A stretch of 64,000 nucleotides of DNA from Octopus vulgaris (lineage: Eukaryota). The stretch lies in assembly GCA_951406725.2 (NCBI GenBank), contig OX597827.1, positions 36,270,001 through 36,334,000 on the forward strand. Direction: 5' to 3'. A model generated the notes under the pieces. It had not been told where the DNA came from. It saw only the letters and a program-made list of their open reading frames with translations, and searched no databases. Shown here piece by piece: positions 39,740-52,324 of this stretch. Each line of letters opens with the position of its first letter. Within the stretch, counting starts at the first letter, position 1. Position numbers and translations under genes: made by a program.

Positions 39740-40021
39740 TCACGTGATCCAACCAGACCATCAGATGTTGTTACACATCGCTGGTCACAATGTGTTCGCA
39801 TTGTTTTAGCCTTCGAATGACGGCACCCCGCTGGCTAAGCAGGCCAACAGAAGAAAGAGTGGGAGAAAGTGTGGTGAAAGAGTACAGCAGGGATCACCAC
39901 ACCCTGCCGGAGCTTCGTGGAGCTTTTTAGGTGTTTTCGCCCAATAAACACTCACAACGCCCAGTCTGGGAATCGAAACCGCGATCCTACGACCGCGAGT
40001 CCGCTGCCCTAACCACTGGGC
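39740..40021 (-). mobile_element. tRNA-derived SINE (third family)
   Basis: Minus-strand GCCCAGTGGTTAGGGCAGCGGACTCGCGGTCGTAGGATCGCGGTTTCGATTCCC with A/B boxes, followed by a non-tRNA body. Confidence 0.8.
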
Positions 40022-40547
40022 ATACATATATACACGTACATATATATATACACATACATATATACATACAAATATATACATACATATTTATATATATATA
40101 CACATACACACATACATATTTATATATATATACACACATACATATACACACATATATATATACATACATACATACATATATATATATATATACATACATA
40201 CATATATATATAGACATATATATATACATATATACACATACATATATATATACATACACATACATGTAGACATGCATATATATAAATATATATATACATA
40301 CATGTATATATACATACATATATATTCATATATATATACATACATATATGTATATGTATGTATATATATGCATATATATATACATACATATATGTATATG
40401 TATGTATATATATGCATATATATAAATACATATATATACATGCATATATGTATATGTATGTATATATATATGCATATATATATACATACATATATATATA
40501 TATATAAATGCATATATATATACATACATATACATATATATACATAT

Positions 40548-40580
<33 letters not shown>

Positions 40581-40586
<6 letters not shown>

Positions 40587-41280
40587 GAAAAACCTGGGTT
40601 GAGGTGGTGAAGCACAACCTTCGAACTTTAGGTCTCACCAAGGAAATGACCAGAGACCGAGACCTTTGGAAGTATGCTGTGCGTGAGAAAACCCGGCAAG
40701 ACCAGTGAGAACAGTCAAAATCAAAATCAAACCAAATATCAGAAAGCAGAACCAAATTGAGGTCGATCAACATCAGGGCCCCCGTGCAGGTGACACGTAA
40801 AAGCACCATCCATTTCGTGGCCGTTTGCCAGCACTGTCTGGCCCCCGTGTCGGTGGCACGTAAAAGCACCATCCGTTCGTGTCCGTTGCCAGCTTCGCCT
40901 GGCCCCTGTGCCGGTGACACGTAAAAGCACCATCCGTTTCGTGGCCGTTTGCCAGCTCTGTCTGGCCCTCGTGTTGGTGGCACGTAAAAGCACCATCCGC
41001 TCGTGTCCGTTGCCAGCCACGCCTGGCCCCGTGCCGGTGACACGTAAAAGCACGATCCATTCGTGGCCGTTTGCCAGCTCTGTCTGGCACCTGTGTGGGT
41101 GGTATGTAAAAAGCACCCACTACACTCACGGAGTGGTTGGCGTTAGGAAGGGCATCCAGCCATAGAAACACTGCCAGATCTGACTGGGCCTGATGGAGCC
41201 GTCCAGCTTCACAGACCCCAGTTGAACCGTCCAACCCATGCTAGCATGGAGAACGGACGCTAAATGATGATGATGATGAT
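40581..41280 (+). mobile_element. RTE 3' fragment (ORF end plus 6 tandem ~61-bp units)
   Basis: [32 protein letters not shown]; (GAT)n tail. Confidence 0.92.
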
Positions 41281-41339
41281 ATATACATACATATATATAT
41301 ATACATACATATCTATATGTATGTGTATATATATATATA

Positions 41340-41400
<61 letters not shown>

Positions 41401-43413
41401 GTCTGTATATATATATATATAAGGCAGGATGTGTGTGTGTGTACGGAATGTAGTTTATGCACATCGACAAATTAGCACGCATGTTGCTCAAATTTTAGGA
41501 GGACATTCGTCACGACCCTAGCTGTATTTTGATCAAATTATTTCCCCGTGAGGCACCCACAAATAGCAGTATATAATTTTGAGCCATAACTTCTAACAAT
41601 TTTCACGGCGGAGTTAAGTCCTCTTCTAGCAACGGTGTAAAGAGAGGGAGGGAGGGAAAGGGTGGGAGAGAGAGAGAGAGAGAGAGAGAGACAGATAACA
41701 GATTTTTTAAATTTCGTCTTTTTACTGAGTGACTGACAGGTAAAAACAGACAGACAGGTGTTATGTATGTTTGATTGTTTTCAGTCACACAAACTCACAC
41801 ACACGAGCATGTATGTGTACAAAACACATGCATGCAATGTGCGTGTTGACCGTGTATATATATATATATATATATAAATTAATTTTACTCTGCTATGTAT
41901 TGAGTACCTTATCTACTGTGGTTAACCCCGAATCAACCTGGGACCTACATATATATATATATATATACACACACAATATAAACGATATTCTCTGTTTCTC
42001 CACAACTAATTTCCAAATTAGCTGAATCCATTGCTCTACTCATAGTGATATATAGCTGGTCATGCATGAACATGGGAGATAGCAAAGGTTATCAGAGCAA
42101 AAGACCTACGTGTTGACTGTAGACACGCACCTTTGCAAACGACCAGCTATTATTTTGTAAACAATGTTTAGAAACTTTTCCTGTTTTCAAAAGGAGAGAT
42201 CTGACTCTCACATCTCTGCGGGAGAAGGTATGTTTCTCTATTCCTGTTACAAAACTTACGTCTTGGTGCCAAATTTACTTCAATTGATGGTATTACTCGG
42301 GTACGGGGTGGTGGTGGGACAGGGGCAAAGGTGTGCAAAAACATGTATGCAATAGGTGTATGTACGTATATGGTTGTGTGTGAGTTGCCCATATATATAT
42401 ATATACTTAGTTGTGATCTGAACATAACCGCTTCTCGCATAGAGGATCAGGGGCCCCTTTTGGGTGTTCTATTTTCCTTGCTGGAAGGGTTCCCAACCCA
42501 TGGGCAAAGGGGGGGTTACATGAAGGGGGTGGTGTTTTCAAAAGGGTTGGCATATGCAACCTGATCACCTCTGCCGATCAAACTCCCAACCCATGCACTC
42601 CCGTCACGACACTGATTCTACAGAACTGGGTTGGGTATGAAAACCAACTTTAAAGTATAAATATAGATGTTTTTGAATCAGCAATGTTCGGTATACTTAT
42701 ATACATATACATACATAAATATACATATACATACATATATATATACACATACATATATATATACATACATATATACACATACATATATATATATACATAC
42801 ATATATACACATACATATATATATATACATACATATATACACATACATATATATATACATACATATATACACATACATATATATATATACATACATATAT
42901 ACACATACATATATATATATATACATACATATATATATATATACATATATATACACATACATATATAACATATATACATATATATACACATACATATATA
43001 ACATATATACATATATATACACATACATATATATACGCATACATATATATATATACAAATATATATATTATATATACATACATATATATATATATACATG
43101 TGTATATATATATATACATGTGTATATATATATATACATGTGTATATATATATTATATATACATACATATGTATATATATATACATACATATGTATATAT
43201 ATATACATGTGTATATATATATTATATATACATACATATGTATATATATATACATGTGTATATATATATTATATATACATACATATGTATATATATATAT
43301 ACATGTGTATATATATATACATATATATATATACATACATATACACATACATATATGTATATACATACTTATATATACATATATATATATATATACATAC
43401 ATATATATATACA

Positions 43414-43995
43414 TAAAGAAATCTTTGAACTTTAATTCATCCGTATCTCTATTTATTATTATTATTTATTAATTATTATTATTCTGATCCCCCTAGTCGC
43501 CACTCTGTTTACTATTTCAGCCTCGCCTCGTTTTTGCATATTCTGTATAATTCACTAGTTATCGTTATAGATATTCAGGTTCTATCTCCCTTACAGGGCT
43601 GATTAGAAATTGGCTGCCGGTTCTTCGCGGGGTTTCTCTCCCCCTCTTTTTACATTGTCTGTCTGGACTCCTCTTCCTACTCCTCGACATGGCCATGCAT
43701 ACTTAAGCTAGTAACCTGCCTCACTCTTGATTCCGAACTCCTTCTGCCAAGTCTGTCCGTAAACGAAGTGATCCCAAGATAAGAAATCTTTGAACTTTAA
43801 TTCATCCGTATCTCTATTTATTATTATTATTTATTAATTATTATTATTCTGATCCCCCTAGTCGCCACTCTGTTTACTATTTCAGCCTCGCCTCGTTTTT
43901 GCATATTCTGTATAATTCACTAGTTATCGTTATAGATATTTAGGTTCTATCTCCCTTACAGGGCTGATTAGAAATTGGCTGCCGGTTCTTCGCGG
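43414..43995 (+). repeat. Near-perfect ~216-bp direct duplication (43414-43630 and 43780-43995)
   Basis: AAGAAATCTTTGAACTTTAATTCATCC...GCCGGTTCTTCGCGG occurs twice. Confidence 0.92.
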
Positions 43996-44072
43996 CGCGC
44001 CCGCCCTACCCACCCCCACCACCAATACCGGATATCTCTATTTTGCTCCAACTATACCGGATGTCGTTTCTC

Positions 44073-44543
44073 CCACCATTATAGGTGTCTACTCTTTGAA
44101 CCCCTCTCTTCAATACGCTATTTCACCATGCATTACCCCTCTCTCGATATCCTACGTTCTACTTGCCTAGAACCTGTCCTCTGAACCACCCCTCCCACTG
44201 GTGCTCCCCCATATTTCTGCACCCCCCCCACCACCATTATAGGTGTCTACTCTTTGAACCCCCTCTTCAATACGCTATTTCACCATGCATTACCCCTCTC
44301 TCGATATCCTACGTTCTACTTGCCTAGAACCTGTCCTCTGAACCACCCCTCCCGCTGGTGCTCCCCTATATTTCTGCACCCCCACCACCACCATTATAGG
44401 TGTCTACTCTTTGAACCCCCTCTTCAATACGCTATTTCACCATGCATTACCCCTCTCTCGATATCCTACGTTCTACTTGCCTAGAACCTGTCCTCTGAAC
44501 CACACCTCCCACTGGTGCTCCCCTATATTTCTGCACCCCCCCA
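44073..44543 (+). repeat. Three tandem ~157-bp units abutting an RTE 3' end (44545-44790)
   Basis: CCACCATTATAGGTGTCTACTCTTTGAACCCC...TATTTCTGCACCCCC occurs three times. Confidence 0.92.
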
Positions 44544-44954
44544 CAAAAAAAGCACCATCCGAACGTGGCCGATGCCAGACCCCTCTGGCACCTGTGCAGG
44601 TGGCACGTAAAAAACACCCACTACACTCGCGGAGTGGTTGGCGTTAGGAAGGGCATCCAGCTGTAGAAACACTGCCAGACTAGACTGGAGCCTGGGGCAG
44701 TCCCGAGCTCTCCAGACCCCGGTCGAAACCGTCCAACCCGTGCTAGCGCGGAAAACGGACGTTAAACGATGATGATGATGATGATGATACAAATAGATAT
44801 ACATACATACATATATATACATACTTATATATACATATATATATATATATACATACATATATACACATACATATATACATACATATATATATATACATAT
44901 ATATATACATACATATATATATACAAATATATACATACATATATACATACATAT

Positions 44955-45007
<53 letters not shown>

Positions 45008-45393
45008 CATATATATATACAAATATATATATATATATACAAATATATATATATACAAATACATATTTGTATATATATATATTTGTATATATATATATTT
45101 GTATATATATATGTATGTATATATATATGTATATATATATATGTATACTTATATTTATATTTACTTATATTTATATTCTCTTTTATATATATTCTACTTA
45201 TTATACAACATTACTCTTTTATGTACACTTTTTTATGTACATTCCTTTATGTACACTGATTTGTTCTGCTTTTTATATTTAACCCTACAGTCTCTTATGT
45301 GGTGGTTTAATAAAGTATGTGATTGAGTATTATCTGGTAATTGATATTTGATTTAGATGTATTTCTCCATTTTCTTATCTTGTATATATACAA

Positions 45394-45426
<33 letters not shown>

Positions 45427-45570
45427 TAAGAGAGTGGTCACTATGTGGCTCACTCTAGCACTAGTAAATCCAAAAGGTTTCAACCACAAAAATACATGTT
45501 TCCCATGAAAGTCAGTACGATTGTTAGCTCACACGAACAGGGCAAATAAAAAATAACAAAAATACAGATT

Positions 45571-45653
45571 ATTTTGGGACAATTGTTTCGCTATTAATGA
45601 ATTAAATGTAATTTTACTTACAAAAAACTCACTTGTAGCTCCTCAGCCAAAAC
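45571..45653 (-). ncRNA. Intact-looking minimal type-I hammerhead ribozyme
   Basis: GTTTTGG-CTGAGGA-GCTA(long loop)TAGC-GAAAC-AATT-GTC-CCAAAAT; all core nucleotides and a GUC triplet are present. Confidence 0.8.
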
Positions 45654-45899
45654 TATCTGGATGAAATCCACTCAATCACACGCCAGATTTTACCATAACG
45701 ATAAATACACGTGTGGTTCAATTGATTACATCCGACGTTATAATTCAAATGCCCCTACCAACAGCGCGCCAAACTTTCACGGAAACAAATACTACATTTA
45801 GAAATAAATGTAGCATAATTATAATTAATTAATAAGGGTGAGAGAATTAGATACTAATTTAATAGTATACCTATTCAACACCATTCTTACCTCAACACT

Positions 45900-46910
45900 A
45901 TTCTTACCCCTGCTGGTGACAAAAGGCCTCTCGCTCAGAGTAAAACGCAGACTGTATGATGCATGTGTACGAACAGCCATGCTACATGGTAGTGAAACAT
46001 GGGCCGTGACTGCTGAGGATATGCATAAGCTCGCAAGAAATGAAGCCAGTATGCTCCTATGGATGTGTAATGTCAGTGTTCATACTCGACAGAGTGTAAG
46101 TACCTTGAGAGAAAAGTTGGACCTAAGAAGCATCAGTTGTGGTGTGCAAGAGAGACGTTTGCCTAGTATGGTCATGTGACGAGAATGGATGAAGATAGTT
46201 GTGTGAAAAAGTGCCACATCCTAGCGGTTGAGGGAACCTGTGGAAGAGGTAGACCCAGGAAAACCTGGGACGAGATGGTGAAGCATGACCTTCGAACTTT
46301 AGGTCTCACCGAGGAAATGACTAGAGACTGAGACCTATAGAAGTATGCTGTGCGTGAGAAGACCCGGCAGGACAAGTGAGACCATAACCCATGGCCTCTA
46401 CCTGGGATGTAGCCAGTCCAATTATGCATACCCTTCCTTCTTGGGACACAAAACTCTACTTGTGAAAACCTATTGAGGCAAATGAGAATCAAAATCAAAA
46501 TCGATCAACATCAATGGAAATTGTAGCTGTGATACTAGTGCCGGTGGCACATAAGCGAACCATCCGAATGTGGCCGTTGCCAGCACCGCCCTGACGGTTC
46601 TCCGTGCCGGTGACACGTAAAAAGCACCATCCGATCGTGGCCATTGCCAGCCTCGCCTGGCCCCCGTGCTGGTGGCACGTAAAAAGCACCATCTGACCGT
46701 GGCTGTTTGCCAGCCCTGTCTGGCACCCGTGCCGGTGGTACGTAGAAAGCACCAACTACACTCACGGAGTGGTTGGCGTTAGGAAGGGCATCCAGCCATA
46801 GAAACACTGCCAGATCAGACTGGGCCTGGTGCAGCCTTCTGGCTTCCCAGACCCCAGTTGAACCGTCCAACCCATGCTAGCATGGAAAGCAGACGCTAAA
46901 TGATGATGAT
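45900..46910 (+). mobile_element. RTE 3' fragment
   Basis: LYDACVRTAMLHGSETW and RGRPRKTW motifs, 3' units and (GAT)n tail. Confidence 0.92.
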
Positions 46911-46916
46911 ACATAT

Positions 46917-46955
<39 letters not shown>

Positions 46956-47590
46956 CATATATATATAAAAACATGCATATATATACATACATACATATAC
47001 ATATATACATGCATATATATATATATATATATATATACATACATACATGCATATATATATATATATATACATACATACATGCATATATATATATATATAC
47101 ATACATACATGCATATATATATATATACATACATACATGCATATATATATATATATATACATACATACATACATATATATATACATACATACATGCATAT
47201 ATATATATATATACATACATACATATATATATACATACATACATGCATATATATATATATATACATACATACATGCATATATATATATATACATACATAC
47301 ATGCATATATATATATATATACATACATACATGCATATATATATATACATACATACATGCATATATATATATATACATACATATATATATATATACATAC
47401 ATACATATATATATATACATATATATATACATGCATATATATATACATACATATATATGCATATATATATATACATGCATATATATACATACATATATAT
47501 ATATGCATATATATATATACATATATATATATTTATATACATACATATATATGCATATATATATATATACACACACATATATATATATAT

Positions 47591-47641
<51 letters not shown>

Positions 47642-48080
47642 CATATACATACATATACATATACATATATATTTAGTAGAAGTAAAAGAGTGTCCAAGAG
47701 TTTTGTGTTATGGCCCAACGCATGAAAGTCTGCGAACTTGAGTTACTTTGTTTCTTTTAAATATTAATAAAAATATATACTCATATTTGGAGTTGTTTTT
47801 TTCCTGTTGCATTAACATACCAAGAAATATATATAAGCATTGATTGTGAACCCAATTAGAAAAAGTATTTCTTTCATAACTCAATGTATTAAAAATATGA
47901 GGAATTTAGTATGACCAAATACATCGACACCAATACTAAAATGATGTATTTCATCGACCTCAAGGAGATGAATGGCAAAAGTCTGTCAGTAGGAGTTGTC
48001 CAGAGTTTTAAGTAAATGCCACAGGACAGTGTTCCGTCACTCTATACCAATCAATCGCACTGTTGATTTGAACAACTTAC

Positions 48081-48143
48081 CGTGTCTCTGCTTTTTGTCA
48101 CAGGGAGTGGACCTCTCAACGTCTCTTCTAGACCAGTTGACAT
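48081..48143 (-). CDS. EXOC4: Exocyst complex component 4 (Sec8), coding exon 1 (MSTGLEETLRGPLPVTKSRDT)
   Basis: ATG has A at -3 and the exon ends at a GTAAGT donor in phase 0. VTKSRDT|SNFL resembles the recalled vertebrate EXOC4 N-terminus VSKSKDPSGLL. Confidence 0.85.
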
Positions 48144-48540
48144 CTTGTGTACCTTTTGTGTCCGTCTTAAAGTCCTCTTTCTGTATTAGTTTCTTCTTCA
48201 CAGTCTGATGTTTCTGTTCCTATGCACGTCCCACAATGTCTAGTATTGTTTGGTAATGCGTAGCTCTCAGTCTCACGAATAGTTTAGAGTGCGAATGTTT
48301 TTCTTGTGCCTCATCTATATTTGATGCTTATTAATAAGGTGCCCAGACCGCCCCTATTGTTTATATTACAATGTAAACAGAATCCACTACCGTATGAACC
48401 CTATAACAGAACACTCATGACGTTCTGTCATTTCAGCTGATAAACGCGAGCGCCACCTACCACGCTAAATAAATTTAATCAGAGTTATCTTCCCTTATAA
48501 ATGAGAGTCGTCTTCGCTGTTTAGACATCAGTGCTCCTGG
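48144..48540 (-). promoter_or_regulatory. Putative EXOC4 5' UTR and promoter region with a CTCF-like motif at about 48448-48464
   Basis: Non-repetitive, relatively CpG-retaining sequence upstream of the ATG. Minus-strand GGTAGGTGGCGCT resembles the CTCF core. The TSS cannot be determined. Confidence 0.45.
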
Positions 48541-48925
48541 AGCTGGCAGAATCGTTAGCACGTCGGGCGAAATGCGTAGCGGTATTTCGTCTGCCGCTAC
48601 GTTCTGAGATCAAATTCCGCCGAGGTCGACTTTGCCTTTCATCCTTTCGGGGTCGGTAAATTAAGTACCAGTTACGCACTAGGGTCGATATAATCGACTT
48701 AATCCGTCTGTCTGTCCTTGTTTGTCTCCTCTGTGTTTAGCCCCTTGTGGGTAGTAAAGAAATAGGTATTTCGTCTGTCGTTACGTTCTGAGTTCAAATT
48801 CTGCCGAGGTTGACTTTGCCATTCATCCTTTCGGGGTTAATTAAATAAGTACCAGTTGCGCACTGGAGTCGATATAATCGACTTAATCCGTTTGTCTGTC
48901 CTTGTTTGTCCTCTCTGTGTATAGG
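48540..48925 (+). mobile_element. Tandem young SINE dimer (full copy plus 5'-truncated copy) upstream of EXOC4
   Basis: Two successive GGTATTTCGTCTG..GTTCTGAG..TCATCCTTTCGGGGT units; CpGs retained. Confidence 0.9.
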
Positions 48926-49508
48926 TATTATCACATCACGGTATGGGTAAAAAGAATTTTGAAAATAAGGTATCTAAATGTGATGAAAAAATATTTGGTG
49001 GAGTTTCAGATCAAGACGTCCACATAAGTTAGATTTTCCTCGATTTTACCGGGATTTTTCCCTTTTTCTCTTTACATCACGGCTTTCGAAACGTTGGGTG
49101 GCGGGGTTTTTTTTTTTCACCACCACCCTTCAAACCGATTTTGGTCAACATTTTCGGCACTACGCACTTTAAAACTACGGGAGAAGCCTTTTCGGTAAAT
49201 AAATAAAATGAAATTTGTAAATATTTTCAAACGATAAGGTGTGATTTAAGGGAGATTTAGCTGTTGTTTCTAGTACATCCCACGATCACCTTTCCCTTTT
49301 CTTTTGTTACAGTCACATGCATTGATGTTTTTCAATATTTTTCTCCCCATAAGCACATTTTTACGGAATGATGATGCTGCCGAAGTAACACACGTGCGGT
49401 CCATTGCTGGGATTTAAACAAAAAAATTGGAATTTAAATTTTGGTGGAGGTAAACGACATGGACCGCACCCCCCTTTCATTTTTTTTCTCCTACAAAAAC
49501 CCACTTTC

Positions 49509-50114
49509 GGATCTTTTCCTTTTGTACGGCAGACAATTTCTAGTTAACTAAACACTTTAAAACTTCGTATACTGGTAGAATGTGTCAAAATAAAGCATTT
49601 TTTTCTCTTGGCTTTCTTGAGAAAATTGTAATTTGTTTAACGTAGTTTAATTTTTCGAATCTTAACCAATCCTATGCTCTCTTTTGAGCTAAAATCATTT
49701 GCTGCGTCTAAAACTGAGACAACATCCTGTAACTAACCCTAAACCTCCCCCCTAACCCTAAATTTTTTTTTTCTTAATTGTTACGCGTGTAAAAAAAACT
49801 AAAGCAATGGAATTAAATTAATTTAACAATTAAGAAAAAAATATTAGGGTTGGGGGGGGGTTAGGATTAGTTACAGGATGTTGTCTCAGTTTTAGACGCA
49901 GCAAATGATTTTAGTTGAATGGAGGTAATTGATTAGTTAAAATTGCCGAAATGCTCGGATTTTCAGACGAAATATCTTACAAACTATAGAATTTTCTTAA
50001 TAAAACCAAGAGAAAATGAGGTTTTATAAACACATTCTACCAGTATACGAAGTTTAAAAGTGTTTAGTTAACTAGAAATTGTGTTGACATCTGCCGTTCA
50101 AAAGGAAAAGATCC
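49509..50114. mobile_element. Foldback/MITE with GG termini and internal TAACCC/TTAGGG-like tracts
   Basis: TIR GGATCTTTTCCTTTTG(T/A)ACGGCAGA; flanks CCACTTTC and CCACTTTT; partial related copy at about 50320-50660. Confidence 0.85.
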
Positions 50115-52324
50115 CCACTTTTTTCTGCTGCGGACATTCCGAATCGGCAAAAAAAAAAAATTTGGCATTTCAAAATTTTAAACCCCCTCAGTTTGTAATT
50201 TTTTTGCCAAAAATCCCTGTTTTCGGATATGGAGGTCCCGGAAAATTGCCAAAAATCGGCATTATGAAATTCCCCCCACTTCCCTCTAACTTCTTCAATT
50301 TTGACCTTTTACCCAACACTAACCCTAAAATCCCAACCCTAACCCTAACTCTAAAACACAAGAAAGCCATAAAGTCTTTCCCCCTAACCCTAACCCCGTG
50401 TCCAAATCATGATGTCCATATTTTCCCACATATTTATCGCTGATAGTTGTTGTCGACAAACAACGGCAATAATTTTATTCAACTGAATACACGTCATTGA
50501 TTGGTTGAAATTACCGAAATACGAGAACTTTAACATGAAATAACTTCGTAAACATAAACTTTTCTCAAAAACGCTAACAGTAAAAGATGTTTTATATGAC
50601 ACATTCTACCAGTATACGAAGTTTGAAAGTGTTTAGTTACAAAAGTTTATCTTCTAAATCTGTCAGTCAAGTTAGGTGGGCTCCTTATTACACAAGAATT
50701 AATATCTTAGAAAATTACCAAATTTTAAATATTGAAACCCATCTATTTCATGTAATTGAATTTGATGAGTTAGCAGAGAAAGTTTAAATAAATTACTGAA
50801 AATTTTGCTTTATAGATACACTTTTCAAAATTCAAATTTTCATTTTTCACACATTCACTAGCAGTGTTTGACTTTTCTTTCATTGTGAAAGTACAAAGGT
50901 GCGAAAAAGGGGTAAGATTTTTTTTCTTTTAATGCGAGCTACAAATGTTTCAGAATGTGGAATAAGTTAAAATGACAGAAAATTATGAAAAAGAGGAAAA
51001 AATAATTTTTGTTGTTGTTGCTATTCCAAAGGCATGATGAGTGTGTGTGTGTGAGGGGTTGAGGTGTTGGGGACACTACCATTTAAAAGACCAGGGTTTT
51101 TAAAATTCTTCTTTTAAAACGGCTCCCCTTCATTGTTTTGCAATGCATGGGAAAAAGGCGGGGAAATCCCTACAAAGATAGGAAAATTCAAACAGCTATT
51201 TCCGAAATTCTGCTTTTCCAGTGTCCTATAGGGGTAGGTGGGGTACAATGAGTAATATTTCCTGCATTTTTGACTTAGAAGAAAATATGTTTGCTACAAA
51301 TGTTCACTACCTTGCCAAAGCTATATCAGCTGAATAAAAACCTCTAAATGCAATAAAACCTATAACATTTAGCACACTATTCAGAAAATTATCACTTTTC
51401 TCTGAACATATATAAAAGACAAATTTAGGCATGGCAAAATGAGTAAGACAAGATAAGATAAATTTGCCTCTCCAGTTCTCCAGAATTGCATTTGAAAAAA
51501 GGCTCATACACATAAACATCCATCCTTAGACATCAGAAAGATCAGAAGTGTAACAAAAAATTTAAATATCTTAGTCAAATGAAAGAGGCTCATGGAAAAA
51601 TAGCAAATGATATGCAATTAATGAAACTCACCTAAATCTAAAAACTCAACGTAAAATATTCTCTATAGCTTCTTCATGATCTGCTGGAGTATCTTTTTTC
51701 CATATATATATTTATGCACCATGCAGTTAAAGAGAAATAATTATTACTCATTTTGCCCCAACTTAGACATTTTTTTTTTAATCTTGAAGATTATCCAATT
51801 AGATATTAGTTTGGTAAAATTGGGGTAGAATTAAACAGAGGAAGGAATATTGATGGTTAAACACCAAAAATTATCCAGATATTTTATTAGCAACCTCAAT
51901 TACAATTGGGTCAAATTTGAAAAAAAATTCTTGAAAAAGAACAATCTGTCACCTATGTTTCAAACTCTCAACTTCAACAACGCCTACATAAACTATTCTG
52001 ACCAATTTTTTCTCCCAAAGATGATGCAATAATTTCAATGTAATGGTTTCAAACAGGTAGGGAGAAAAATAACAAGATATCAGAAATTATTCATTTTGAC
52101 CCAGTTACCAATTCTGCCCAACTTCCATATATTAGTAATTCCAAGTGCTTGACAGAATACTGAAAAATATAAGAAAAACGAAGAAAGAAAAAAGGTTCAA
52201 TTTAATGGAAAACATTTGAATATATATGCAATAATTCTGAAGCCAAAACAGAATGCTTCTAGCTATTGAGAGATGTAATTTTATAATTAAAACTGAATTC
52301 AAAATTTAAATTTTATGCTATATG

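Larger units (their letters stand above)
39420..47670. repeat. Compound (TA/TACA/TGCA)n microsatellite fields in intron 1, interleaved with elements
   Basis: Tracts at about 39420-39740, 40022-40580, 41280-41420, 42692-43413, 44795-45145 and 46910-47670. Confidence 0.95.

Noticed and set aside
39960-40021. tRNA gene
   Set aside because: It has A/B boxes but no proper acceptor stem and continues into a SINE body.
40778-41120. CRISPR-like regular repeats
   Set aside because: There are no unique spacers and no cas genes; the units are part of a eukaryotic LINE 3' UTR.
47690-47735. Hairpin plus GAAAGTC resembling a hammerhead half
   Set aside because: There is no CUGANGA core or stem I.
39168-47741. 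Many long Y/I/H/T/M/C/V-rich ORFs
   Set aside because: They are translations of TA/CA microsatellites that lack stop codons, not proteins.
48930-51300. Excess homopolymer runs as a functional signal
   Set aside because: They may reflect lower consensus accuracy in the assembly and cannot be interpreted without reads.
51307-51519. Minus-strand ORF with possible splice sites
   Set aside because: No recognisable homology and no partner exons.
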